A stretch of DNA of 61,702 nucleotides, the filler included, from Chthonomonadaceae bacterium (lineage in GTDB: Bacteria > Armatimonadota > Chthonomonadetes > Chthonomonadales > Chthonomonadaceae), in NCBI GenBank assembly GCA_035650735.1. It is 4 parts of 4 records of this genome, joined end to end, with 100 filler letters (N's around TTAATTAATTAA, not from the genome) between each part and the next. Parts side by side here need not be neighbours in the genome. Positions count along the whole stretch, not along the records: positions 1 to 14,103 come from DASRGZ010000090.1; 3 more parts are not named here. One strand, given 5' to 3'. This document shows positions 1-9,289 of this stretch, piece by piece; positions within the stretch are counted from its first letter, which is position 1, and every line of letters begins with the position of its first letter. Made by a program: the position numbers and the translations under genes. The notes below the pieces were generated by a model. It made no database searches, was not told where the DNA came from, and saw only the letters and a list, made by a program, of their open reading frames with translations.

Positions 1-509
1 AGGAGAAGTTCGGGCTGAATCTGGCGGAGGCGGGCCTGGGCGCGACCTTTTTTATCCAGGTGGCGAGCATGATCGGCGCGGGGCTGGGTGGGATCATCGC
101 GGATCACTGGAGTCGATGGCGCGCGGAAGGGCGCATCCGGATGCAGGCGCTGGCGGTACTGCTGGGATCGCCCTTCGTCTTTCTCTGCGGCTACACGCTC
201 AATCCCTGGATGCTGATCGCCGCCATGTCCCTGTACGGCCTCAGCAGAGGCATGTACGACTCCAATCTCACCGCTGCCTTTTACGACGTGATCGCGCCCG
301 ACCGCCGAAGCACCGCCACCGGCCTGATGAACCTGCTCGGCTGGGTGGGTGGGGGACTCGGCTCCCTCGCCATCGGGATCGCCGTAGACCACCACATCAC
401 CATGAGCGCGGCCATCTCCTCGACCGCCGTGGTCTACTTCACCGTTGCCTGCGTCCTCTACTACGCCTCGGTCTTCACCGCGCCCCACGACATCCGCAGG
501 AGGCGGTGA
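1..509 (+). CDS. MFS transporter, C-terminal part (5' end outside window)
   Basis: Frame open from position 3 (EKFGLNLAEAGLGATFFIQVAS...); several TM helices; GGIIADHWSR loop motif; DVIAPDRRSTATG. Confidence 0.85.
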   Translation, partial: EKFGLNLAEAGLGATFFIQVASMIGAGLGGIIADHWSRWRAEGRIRMQALAVLLGSPFVFLCGYTLNPWMLIAAMSLYGLSRGMYDSNLTAAFYDVIAPDRRSTATGLMNLLGWVGGGLGSLAIGIAVDHHITMSAAISSTAVVYFTVACVLYYASVFTAPHDIRRRR

Positions 510-590
510 AACTCTCACGGCGAAAGCGTAGGGTCCACTCCTCGCGGCGGAAGGTTGCCGCTTCCATGACGGCTGCTTCCGCCCGGTAAC

Positions 591-1859
591 TCAGGACCAG
601 CGCAGTACCTCTTTCCAATGCGCCGGAGTGGGCATCGGCCTGTACGCGATATTCAGATCAGGAGTTTCCAGCTTCACGCCGCCCCGGAAGTGGCTCTCCA
701 TGCCATAGGCGAGAATGCCGGTGGTCAGGTAAGTCCGCTCTCCCGGCGCCGTCGGCTTGCCCGTCAGGTACATCTCTTCCAGAGCGCGCACGGTCGCGGA
801 GAAGTGTTTCAGGCGCGGCACGTCGTCAAGATGGTAGGAGGTGGCGACGATCTCCGGGCTACCCTGCACCCGATAGGCAAAGGCGAACTCCTGGCAGTAG
901 CCGTTGGCCATCAGCACGGTCATGCGCTGCCCGTCCCGATATTCCATGTCGAAGGCATGAACATCGTTCGTATAGTCCTGCGGCTTTCCGCTCGGACTTT
1001 TGACGGCCCCCAACGCCGCCTCTGCTATGTCTTTCGGCCAGCGGCCCGCGCTGTGCGCCTCCCACACGGCCTGCCCGGAGAGAACCTGCACGCTCTTGAC
1101 GCCGACCTCGCCGCCCGCGCGACACTCCACCACCCGCTGCCCCGTCTCCAGCGCATGAAACCCATAGGATTCCAGGGGGCCATAGCCTACCGCGATCAGG
1201 TGGTCCAGTTTCTTGCCGTGCGGCAGCGGGACAAGCGGCTCGTACTTGGCGTATGGCAGGCTGCTCCCCGCCATCCAGGGAATTTTCATCTCCTGAATGG
1301 TGCGCCACATATACTTGGCCCAGGTCCAGTTCCAGGACATATGCTTGTCGTTGAAGACCGGGACGACGCGCCCCGACTGCCGGAACACCCCCACAACCTG
1401 ATCGAAGAGCTCGCGGCGCGGATACAACTGCTGCCCTTTTGCATTGAGGGGATAGGTTCCATGCTCCCCGACAACCACGACCCCGTCTACCGCCAGCGTA
1501 TCGCCTCCCTGACAGAGGGCTGTAGCGACCGAAGGGTACATCGGCACATGATGCTTCTGGGCTGTGGCGACCCCGATGTCGTTCTTGGCGACCTCCATGA
1601 GGTGGATAGCAACGACATCACAGCGCGGCTCCTCGAAGTGGTCGTCGAACTGCTTCCCTTCTAAAAACTTGGTGCAGTAACAGAGGCCGTGACTGGTCGC
1701 GCCGTATTCCGTCAGGATAACCGCCAGCTTGGGGCGTCTGGTTGGGGAAGGCATCTGTCGGCCACTCCTTTCCGGGGCCATCAGCGCTATCGAAAGGCCC
1801 GCGCCTGCTTTCATAAAACTGCGCCTGGTTATGCTGGTCATAAAGGTTGGATTTTCCAT
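591..1859 (-). CDS. Tat-exported conserved protein, distant Gfo/Idh/MocA-like oxidoreductase
   Basis: TRRSFMK twin-arginine signal; VDGVVVVGEHG, VFNDKH, MAGSSLP and YGFHALE motifs. Confidence 0.65.
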   Translation of the reverse strand: MENPTFMTSITRRSFMKAGAGLSIALMAPERSGRQMPSPTRRPKLAVILTEYGATSHGLCYCTKFLEGKQFDDHFEEPRCDVVAIHLMEVAKNDIGVATAQKHHVPMYPSVATALCQGGDTLAVDGVVVVGEHGTYPLNAKGQQLYPRRELFDQVVGVFRQSGRVVPVFNDKHMSWNWTWAKYMWRTIQEMKIPWMAGSSLPYAKYEPLVPLPHGKKLDHLIAVGYGPLESYGFHALETGQRVVECRAGGEVGVKSVQVLSGQAVWEAHSAGRWPKDIAEAALGAVKSPSGKPQDYTNDVHAFDMEYRDGQRMTVLMANGYCQEFAFAYRVQGSPEIVATSYHLDDVPRLKHFSATVRALEEMYLTGKPTAPGERTYLTTGILAYGMESHFRGGVKLETPDLNIAYRPMPTPAHWKEVLRWS

Positions 1860-1931
1860 GCTGTTTCGATCCCGAAGCTACGCAAGGGTTGGAGTACTGT
1901 AGTCTGTTTCATCCACTATCTATGAGAGCCG

Positions 1932-2861
1932 CTACAACCGCTCTGACTGCGACAAGAGCCTATCTATCTCGGCAAGATCCTCGCGGCTCAGCCGCCAATC
2001 GGCGGCGGCAACGTTGGCCTGCACCTGCTCGGGCTTAGTCGCTCCGGCGATTACGGAGGCCACCGTAGGTCGGGTCAGCAGCCATGAGAAGGCCAACTCG
2101 AGAATCGTATGCCGCCGCGCCTCCGCAAACTGGATGAGCGCTTCAACCCGATCCAGATTAGCCTCGGAGAGCCAGTCTGCAAAGCGCCCGTCACTCGTGA
2201 GACGGGTTCCTTCCGGAAGAGGCTGCCCTTTCCGATACTTGCCCGTCAGCAGACCATTGGCGAGCGGGAAGTAGGGCAGGAACGCTATACCTTGACGCTC
2301 ACACTCGGCGAGGACTCCGTTCTCCGGCTCGCGATGCAGCAGACTATAGTGGTTCTGCACGCTGACAAATCGCGCACCGCCCTGCGCCGCTTTTTCTGCT
2401 TCACGCAGTTGCTCGACCGAGAAGTTCGAGCAGCCGATCTCGCGCACCTTACCGGCCTGAACGAGCTCATTGAGCGCGCCGAGCGTGTCTGCAATGGGCA
2501 CTCCCGGGTCCGGCGTATGAAGCTGATAGAGGTCAATGCGGTCGGTTCCGAGACGGCGCAGACTATCCTCCGCCGCCTGGCGGATGTAGGCAGGGCTGGC
2601 TCCCTTGCGCGCCTCGTCAATCTTTGCGCCGAACTTGGTCGCAATTAACGCTTCGTCCCGGCGTGATCCGAGCGCGCGCCCAAGGAACTCCTCGCTCTTC
2701 GTCCCGCCATAGACGTCGGCGGTATCGAAAAAGTTGATGCCTGCATCGAGGGCGGCGTGAACGACCCTGGCGGTACCCGCTTCGTCAAGGCGTCCGCCGA
2801 AGTTATTGCAGCCCAGTCCGATCACGGATACTGTCAGTGAGCCTATCCGTCGTGTTTGCAT
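1932..2861 (-). CDS. Aldo/keto reductase
   Basis: GLGCNNFG, FFDTADVYG, IATKFG, DRIDLYQLH, IGCSNF, VIAGAT motifs; GGAGG RBS. Confidence 0.95.
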   Translation of the reverse strand: MQTRRIGSLTVSVIGLGCNNFGGRLDEAGTARVVHAALDAGINFFDTADVYGGTKSEEFLGRALGSRRDEALIATKFGAKIDEARKGASPAYIRQAAEDSLRRLGTDRIDLYQLHTPDPGVPIADTLGALNELVQAGKVREIGCSNFSVEQLREAEKAAQGGARFVSVQNHYSLLHREPENGVLAECERQGIAFLPYFPLANGLLTGKYRKGQPLPEGTRLTSDGRFADWLSEANLDRVEALIQFAEARRHTILELAFSWLLTRPTVASVIAGATKPEQVQANVAAADWRLSREDLAEIDRLLSQSERL

Positions 2862-2890
2862 TCGGTCCTCCCTCCGGTTGCTTTATCTGA

Positions 2891-3175
2891 GGCTCCTTCC
2901 GTTTTGGTTGCGGGCGAATAAATTCGCTGCAACAAGAACACAAAGTCGCCCTACGGCGACTGCCCTCACCCAACCCACTGCCAGGGTCGGGCCTGCAATG
3001 GACTGCAAGGGTCGGCAGGGTTACGGCCCCTGCCTCCGCCTTGCCACAGCCCTCCGCCTCGCGACCCCCGGCGCTGCGGGAGAGGGGAGAAGAGAGGCCG
3101 GGTCCCTCCCTTCCCTAAGAGGGAAGGGGGCCGGGGGGTTAGGTGCCCCGGTTGCTGCGGCTTTAGCCGCCCGAA
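2891..3175. repeat. Composite intergenic repeat cluster (REP-like hairpin unit, 89-bp element, CCCTCACCC/GGGAGAGGGG palindromes)
   Basis: 2891-2961 resembles 40999-41071; 2977-3065 matches 50884-50972 at 87/89; 3151-3173 is an inverted copy of 26142-26164. Confidence 0.85.
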
Positions 3176-3209
3176 AAGAAAACGCTCCCTTCCCTGCCTG
3201 ATCTCCCGA

Positions 3210-3845
3210 CTATCCCACCAGAAACAGCCACCACTCGGACGGGCGATGGAAATCCGCAACCGTATACGGTGAGGTGGAGGCAGCCACCGGCTGCGCGCCG
3301 TGCGTGGCATCGTAGCGGCAGAAGGAAAGCCGCCATACCGCGCCAGGCGATACCAGCAACGGCAGCTTCAGCAGCGCGCGCCAGAAGTTCTCTTGACGGT
3401 GAACCCACGTGTACGATACGAGGGCCTCCGGATCCTGAACGTAGTCAGCATGCCTCTGCTCGCCGGCACGTACCCGCCGAATCGCCGTTTCGTCGGGAAA
3501 GCGCAGATACAGCCGATAGTTCTCAGGCGTCACATGCACCTCGATATAGCCCGGCTCGCCCTGCGGCTGCGCAAAAACCTCGAAGACGTCGCCAAGCTCC
3601 CAGGTGGGCTGATTATGTGCGTCCGCAAGGTTAAATATGTCCTCATCTTCCATTTCCGCCAGCGCCCACAGCGCATTCTCGCATCGGCCCACTTTCACAT
3701 GCCCTGGCTTCAGCCCCGCTTCCGGCGTTTGCCGCCAGCGCTGCTCAAATGCCAGCGCAGGAAGAGGCGCAAAGGCCGCTATTACAGAGGCTTCCTCGTC
3801 TGGGGCGAATGCAGGCAATCCGGATACAGGCAGCCGTTCACTCAT
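3210..3845 (-). CDS. CBM9-like/DOMON-like sugar-binding domain protein
   Basis: DEDIFN...WELGDVFEVF...YIEVHVTPEN...WRLSFCRYD...DFHRP pattern; start placed at ATG 3845 (MSERLP). Confidence 0.7.
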   Translation of the reverse strand: MSERLPVSGLPAFAPDEEASVIAAFAPLPALAFEQRWRQTPEAGLKPGHVKVGRCENALWALAEMEDEDIFNLADAHNQPTWELGDVFEVFAQPQGEPGYIEVHVTPENYRLYLRFPDETAIRRVRAGEQRHADYVQDPEALVSYTWVHRQENFWRALLKLPLLVSPGAVWRLSFCRYDATHGAQPVAASTSPYTVADFHRPSEWWLFLVG

Positions 3846-3957
3846 AGTTTGTAACCTCGAAGATCTGCTTTCTTTCCAAAAACGGGATATGCCTCTTTTG
3901 TTCACCGGCGATATGGGGTTTCCTGCTGAAAAGATGCCGGGCACGGAAAGTACCCGT

Positions 3958-4120
3958 CTCCAGGGCCTGCGGCCAAGCGTCCTGGCGGACGCCCTGCCAA
4001 GCCAGGTGTTCCGTCCGAAGGACGGTTGGCGGCGTAACCGCCCTCTAGCCGGGTATTTTCAATGCCCGGCACGGATCGGAGGTTTTCAACCCCCGGCTCC
4101 AGGGCCTGCGGCCAAGCGTC
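3958..4120. repeat. 24-bp direct repeats enclosing four small hairpins
   Basis: CTCCAGGGCCTGCGGCCAAGCGTC at 3958-3981 and 4097-4120. Confidence 0.8.
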
Positions 4121-4238
4121 TCAATGATCCTGAGCGGCGTGCCATCAGGAAGGAGATCGATCCTCCCGTACAAAACCACTATCCTCGTAAGGACAGACAA
4201 CTGCAAGGGCACATCCGAGAGGCCAGGGGAGGGCTGCC

Positions 4239-5654
4239 ATGCGGATCGCTGTTGGGGGAATCGGGCACGAAACCAATACCTTTTCTACGTTGACGACGGG
4301 GCTGGACGACTTCTCTGTTCGCCGAGGCGAGGAGTGCGTGGAAGGCGAGTTTTGGAACCGCTTTCGGGAGCAGGGCGTCGAGCTTGTCCCAACGCTGACG
4401 GCGGGGGCCGCCCCGCACGGCCTCGTGGAACGGGATGCCTATCGGCAACTCAAAACCGAACTGTTGGAGCGGTTGCAGAGCGCCCTGCCGGTGGATGGGA
4501 TCTACTTGAACTTGCACGGGGCGATGGAAGTCCAGGAGATCGGTGATGGCGAAGGCGATCTGGTCACGGCTATCCGCGCGCTTGTCGGCCCGCAGGTTCC
4601 CATCGCCGCCAGCCTCGACCTGCACGGAAATATCTCACCGAAGTTAGTTCAGGCTGCCAATGTCCTGACCGCGCTGCGGACTGCGCCCCATCGGGACGGA
4701 CAGGAGACGCGGGAGCGCGCCCTTTCGCACCTGCTCCGCTGTGTACGGGAAGGATTGCGCCCGGTGACGGCGATGGTGAAACTGCCGCTGCTCCTGCCGG
4801 GAGAGCATGCCGTGACCGAGGTAGAACCGGCGCGCTCGCTCTACCAGAGGTTGCCCGCAATCGAGAAGGAGACGGGTATTCTGGATGCCTCCCTGATGAT
4901 CGGCTGCGCCTGGACGGACTCGCCGCATACCTCGGTTTCCGCGCTGGTGGTGGCGCAGAAGGAGGCAGCATTAGCCCAGGAGCAAGCCGGTCGTCTTGCC
5001 GAGGCGGTCTGGGAACGGCGCAACGAGTTCGGCCCGGACGTGGAGACGGCCTCTGTGGAGGAGGCGATCTCCCGCGCGCTGGCCGCTCCCGAAGCGCCCG
5101 TGTTTCTCTCCGACTCCGGCGATAACGTTACGGCGGGAGGGGCCGGGGATATTCCGCTCTTTGTCGAGCGGCTGCTGGCAGCAAGAGTACCGGACGCTGT
5201 GGTTGCCGGGCTGACGGATGCGGGGTCTGTCGCGCAATGCGCGCAGGCCGGGGTCGGCGCGGAGGTGACATTGAGCCTAGGCGGAAAACTGGATCAGAGG
5301 AACGCCCAACCGCTGGAAGTGCGAGGCCGCGTTGCGCATCTCGATCCCCAGGACGCGCCTACTCTGGCCGTAATGCAGGTGGAGGGCGTGACGGTCATCC
5401 TGACGACACAGCGCTGGGCCTTCGCCAACCTCTCCTCCTTCCAGCGCGCTCGCATCGATCCACTGAAGCATAAGATGGTGGTTGTCAAGCTGGGCTACCT
5501 GTTCCCAGAGTTGCGCGACAACGCTCCCCGCACGATTATGGCCCTCAGTCCTGGCTTCACGGACCTGCGCCTGGAGCGGCTGCCGTATCGGCGTCTTCGG
5601 CGTCCCCTCTATCCATTGGAACAGGACCCCCAATGGCAGGCGGCAAGCGGCTAA
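4239..5654 (+). CDS. M81 family metallopeptidase (MlrC-like)
   Basis: HETNTF, LHGAM, DLHGN, RTAPHRD, SDSGDNVTAGGAGD, VVKLGY motifs. Confidence 0.92.
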   Translation: MRIAVGGIGHETNTFSTLTTGLDDFSVRRGEECVEGEFWNRFREQGVELVPTLTAGAAPHGLVERDAYRQLKTELLERLQSALPVDGIYLNLHGAMEVQEIGDGEGDLVTAIRALVGPQVPIAASLDLHGNISPKLVQAANVLTALRTAPHRDGQETRERALSHLLRCVREGLRPVTAMVKLPLLLPGEHAVTEVEPARSLYQRLPAIEKETGILDASLMIGCAWTDSPHTSVSALVVAQKEAALAQEQAGRLAEAVWERRNEFGPDVETASVEEAISRALAAPEAPVFLSDSGDNVTAGGAGDIPLFVERLLAARVPDAVVAGLTDAGSVAQCAQAGVGAEVTLSLGGKLDQRNAQPLEVRGRVAHLDPQDAPTLAVMQVEGVTVILTTQRWAFANLSSFQRARIDPLKHKMVVVKLGYLFPELRDNAPRTIMALSPGFTDLRLERLPYRRLRRPLYPLEQDPQWQAASG

Positions 5655-5746
5655 GGAGCGACAGGGCAGGGCCGCGATGCGGCTTGAGGGTGGGAACATC
5701 TACTCCGTTAAGTCCGCGCAATTTCAAACCAAGGAGGAGAGAGGGA

Positions 5747-6764
5747 ATGAATACGAATCGTGCTGTCGTGGTGGATCCTACCGCTTCCGGGCGGCTGGTG
5801 ATCTGTGAAGTGGAACCGCCTGCGCCCGGCCCCTCCGAGGCGGTCGTGCGCGTCACGGCCATCTCGCTCAACCGGGGCGAGGTCGGCTACTCCAGGCACG
5901 CCGAAGCGGGTTGGCGGCCGGGCTGGGACCTGGCGGGCGTGGTGGAGCAGGCCGCTGCCGATGGCTCCGGTCCGAAAGCGGGGGCGCGGGTCGTCGGGAT
6001 ACTGCGTGGGGGCGCGTGGGCGGAGTATGTCGCCGTACCCACCAACGCGCTCGCTGAATTGCCGGAGGCCGTGACGTTCGCACAGGCGGCGACGCTGCCT
6101 GTGGCCGGGCTGACGGCGCTTCACGCCTTGATGAAGGGTGGCCTGCTTTTGGAACGGCCCGTTCTGGTGACAGGCGCAACGGGGGGCGTCGGTGATTTCG
6201 CGTTGCAGTTGGGCCGTCTTTCGGGAGCGCGAGCCGTCGCCCATATCCGCCACGCCGAGCAGGAGGCTGAGGTGAAGGAGGCTGGAGCCGAGGCCTTGCC
6301 ACTCTGTCAGCGCCATAATTCCCTCCTACGTGGCTGAGGTGAAGGAGGCTGGAGCCGAGGCCGTTGTCATCGGCGAAGAACTGCCCGCCGAGCAGCCGTT
6401 CGGCCCCTACCACCTGATCGTGGACTCGGTGGGTGGCAAGACGCTCAGTACCGCTCTGACTCAACTGACCGAGGGCGGCGTGTGTGTCTCATTAGGGGTT
6501 TCTGCCGGGGCAGAAGTGACCTTTAATGCCGCGCAGTTCTTCCTGACCGGCCGTGCGGTGCTGTATGGCTTTATTCTCTTCGCGGAACTAAGAACGGTCG
6601 AGCCTGCCTCTGTAGGATTAGCGCGATTGGCAAGCTTGATTGCGAGGGGCAAACTCAAGCCGCGCATCAGCGTGGAAGCGCCCTGGACAGAGGTGGCGGA
6701 GGTGGCGCAGCAACTGCTGGACAGGCGTTATCCCGGCAAAGCTGTGCTGCACATCGCGCACTGA
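5747..6764 (+). pseudogene. MDR-family (quinone oxidoreductase-like) dehydrogenase frameshifted by a 67-bp insertion
   Basis: N-terminal half (GWDLAGVV, LPVAGLTA, VTGATGGVG) and C-terminal half (DSVGG...GKAVL) are in different frames; removing 6296-6362 restores a 316-aa ORF. Confidence 0.9.
6265..6362 (+). repeat. Exact 31-bp direct repeat flanking a 36-bp unrelated insert
   Basis: GGCTGAGGTGAAGGAGGCTGGAGCCGAGGCC at 6265-6295 and 6332-6362; insert 6296-6331. Confidence 0.95.
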
Positions 6765-6855
6765 CCCACTCGCCGTGCTGTGCAGGTGAAGGGGATTGGC
6801 ACGTTTCCAGTGCGCGCCTTTGCCATCGTCGAGCAGCAGGAGAGGAGTAAACTCA

Positions 6856-7326
6856 ATGGCAGACAACCAAAAAACGCCGGACTGGAAGCAACACGGTGTC
6901 CGCATTGTCAAAGCCGGGCAACTGGATGCCAACACGCCGCAGACGCCCGGCATGACGCGGGCAGCCGCCATCAACCGTGCGCGGGCGGGAGCCGAGAAGC
7001 TCTGGGCAGGCACGGCGACCATTCACCCCAACGCGAAGACGGGCGCGCATCACCACGGCGAGCTAGAGAGCGTCATCTATGTGGTCAAGGGACGGGCACG
7101 GATGCGCTGGGGCGAGCATCTGGAGTTCGTCGCCGAGGCGGATCCGGGCGATTTTATTTTCGTGCCGCCCTTTGTGCCGCACCAGGAGATCAACGCCAGC
7201 ACCGAAGAGGCGCTCGAATGCGTGGTGGTGCGCAGCGGACAAGAGCCTATCGTGGTGAATCTGGACATCGAAACCGTCGAGCCGCCCGAAGAGGTCAAGT
7301 GGGTGGATGACGTACATCCATCCTGA
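6856..7326 (+). CDS. Cupin domain protein
   Basis: GAHHHGELESVIYVVKG and GDFIFVPPFVPHQEIN cupin motifs; GAGGAG RBS before ATG 6856. Confidence 0.92.
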   Translation: MADNQKTPDWKQHGVRIVKAGQLDANTPQTPGMTRAAAINRARAGAEKLWAGTATIHPNAKTGAHHHGELESVIYVVKGRARMRWGEHLEFVAEADPGDFIFVPPFVPHQEINASTEEALECVVVRSGQEPIVVNLDIETVEPPEEVKWVDDVHPS

Positions 7327-7329
7327 GAT

Positions 7330-7500
7330 GGGAGAGAGGCCCCCTTTCCCAAGAACAGGGGAGAGGGGGAACCGAGAAGCCTTGTTCTCCCCTCATCCCC
7401 GGCCCTTCTCCCTGCCAGGGAGAAGGGGGAAGAGAAGCCGGGTCCCCCTTCCCTGTGAGCGGAGCGAACGTAGTAGGGAAGGGGGACGGGGGGTTAGGTC
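7330..7500. repeat. Intergenic C/G-run palindromic repeat
   Basis: CCCTCATCCCCGGCCCTTCTCCC...GGGAGAAGGGG and GGGGGGTTAGG units; similar to 36927-37128 and 45405-45810. Confidence 0.8.
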
Positions 7501-7547
7501 AAATACGAGGGAAAGGCCCTGTGAGGAGAGGGAGGGAAGAAACGCTC

Positions 7548-7937
7548 GTGTGGATGAAATATCTGGTGGCGGGAATGGGGGGATTTCTCGGCGCTAACGC
7601 TCGCTTTATCGTGGGCACGTGGATCGGGCAGAAATGGGGCACAGCGTTCCCTTATGGCACGCTGGTCATCAATGTGACCGGGTGCTTTATCCTGGGGCTG
7701 TTCGCCGCGCTGGCCGAGCGCTTCCCCCTGAGCGATACCTGGCGGCTGCTGATCGCCATCGGCTTTGTCGGGGCCTACACGACCTTTTCGACGTTTGAAT
7801 ACGAGACGCTGCAACTGGTGCGGCATGCCTCCCTCCGGTTTGCCGGCCTCAATATCCTGGGCAGTGTGCTTCTGGGCTATGCCGCCGCCTATGGTGGGAT
7901 GGTGGCGGCGCGGCTGCTGACGCGGGCGCCTATCTGA
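7548..7937 (+). CDS. crcB: Fluoride efflux channel Fluc/CrcB
   Basis: GGFLGANARF, FPYGTLVINVTGCF, GFVGAYTTFSTF signatures. Confidence 0.95.
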   Translation: MWMKYLVAGMGGFLGANARFIVGTWIGQKWGTAFPYGTLVINVTGCFILGLFAALAERFPLSDTWRLLIAIGFVGAYTTFSTFEYETLQLVRHASLRFAGLNILGSVLLGYAAAYGGMVAARLLTRAPI

Positions 7938-7950
7938 GGGAGATCAGGCA

Positions 7951-8298
7951 ATGAAAATCCAGGGCGCAGCCAAACAGGTCTGCATCTATATCGGCAGCTC
8001 GGATCAGTGGCACGGGCAGCCCCTCTACAACGCCATCGTCCAGCGGGCCCGGCAGGAGGGACTGGCCGGGGCGACGGTGACGCAGGGCATCGAGGGCTTT
8101 GGCGCCAACAGCCGCATCCATCGCGCCTCTCTGCTGGACCTCTCCACCGATCTGCCTATCCGAATCGAGATCGTGGATACGGCAGAACGGATCGAGCGCT
8201 TTCTGCCGCTGTTAGAGGAGATGGTCACCGAAGGGCTGGTTACCGTACAGGACTGCCTGGTGTTCAAGTACGTTCACGCGCCCCGGGAAACCTCCTGA
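7951..8298 (+). CDS. DUF190 (PII-like) protein
   Basis: GLAGATVTQGIEGFG and LSTDLPIRIEIVD motifs; usual partner downstream of crcB. Confidence 0.92.
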   Translation: MKIQGAAKQVCIYIGSSDQWHGQPLYNAIVQRARQEGLAGATVTQGIEGFGANSRIHRASLLDLSTDLPIRIEIVDTAERIERFLPLLEEMVTEGLVTVQDCLVFKYVHAPRETS

Positions 8299-8305
8299 AA
8301 CGCTG

Positions 8306-8884
8306 TCAGGATTCGCTGGTATCGAGGTGGTGCTCCAGCAGGGCCAGCGCCGCCTCGGCCTGCACGCGCAAACTCTCCGCGTACTGCTCGCGCGCTTTGC
8401 CGGGCGGCAAGCCCTCATAGACCCTGGCCTGGATGGCATAGATGGTCTGCAAGGCAAGCGGAACCTCTTCCTGGCAGCAGCCGCAGTGGCAGGAGCAAGA
8501 GGGTTCCGGCTTGGCAGGAGGAGCCGGCTGCAGGGCCTGAGTCAGGGCCGTTAATTGCTGTTGGAGCTGTTCGATATCGGCTTTGGTGGCGGGCTGATGG
8601 CAGGTGTCTGGCTTGAGCGCTGTATGGTGGCCGTTGGAGAGGTCAATCAAGGACGCGGGCCCCTTATCCTGACCGAAGAAGTAAGCGATTTTACAGTGCA
8701 GTAACTCGCCGAGCTTGACCAGATCCAGAGCCCCAATTTCGCGCCTTCCTTCCTCAAAATGGGTATAGGCCATGCGGGTCAGACCCAGCCTGGCGGCGAC
8801 TTCGTCGGGGCTATAGCCTTTGCCGATAGTGCTCAGATACTCGCGGCGGCGCTTAATGCGCGCGCCAATGTCTCGCATATCCAT
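8306..8884 (-). CDS. XRE-family HTH regulator with uncharacterised C-terminal region
   Basis: IGARIKRRRE...EVAARLGLTRMAYTHFEEGRREI...YFFG; AGGAGG RBS. Confidence 0.8.
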   Translation of the reverse strand: MDMRDIGARIKRRREYLSTIGKGYSPDEVAARLGLTRMAYTHFEEGRREIGALDLVKLGELLHCKIAYFFGQDKGPASLIDLSNGHHTALKPDTCHQPATKADIEQLQQQLTALTQALQPAPPAKPEPSCSCHCGCCQEEVPLALQTIYAIQARVYEGLPPGKAREQYAESLRVQAEAALALLEHHLDTSES

Positions 8885-9289
8885 GGGGACCCTCCTTTGG
8901 GGCCGCCTACGGAGACAGTAACCGGAACGCGGCAGCCGCGCAGCGGGGCGCAGGGCGCGGTCTTACAGGTGTGCGCTTGGAGTATAGCGGTTCCTCTGAG
9001 CGCGGGATAGATGGGATATAGATAGTGACGTAACGGGCGGGGGATTTGGCAACCCGCATTTTTACCGTTTTTATTTGCCTATTTCGCGGAAAGCCCTGGC
9101 GGCTCCTGCACACAGGAAGAAGAACCTTTCTGGGCCGCAAGAAGAGAGGGCAGGAATCCTTTTGCTGGCGGGGAATAGGGAGGCAGAGCGGCAGGCATCT
9201 GGTGGCCTAGCCCATCGGACCTACCGTGTGGAGCGCATGCAGGACAGCGAGGTATCACCTTGCCAGGACAGGAAGTCAGGAGGGAGATC

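Noticed and set aside
4239..5654. Microcystin degradation cluster
   Set aside because: Only an MlrC-like peptidase is present; no mlrA, mlrB or mlrD.
6296..6340. Programmed frameshift in the dehydrogenase
   Set aside because: No slippery site; the duplication plus insert explains the frame change.
6265..6362. Canonical CRISPR array
   Set aside because: Only two repeats, made of the host gene's own coding sequence, with no leader or cas genes; reported as a possible integration scar instead.
7327..7547. Fluoride riboswitch upstream of crcB
   Set aside because: No recognisable riboswitch consensus; the region is filled by the genome-wide palindromic repeat.
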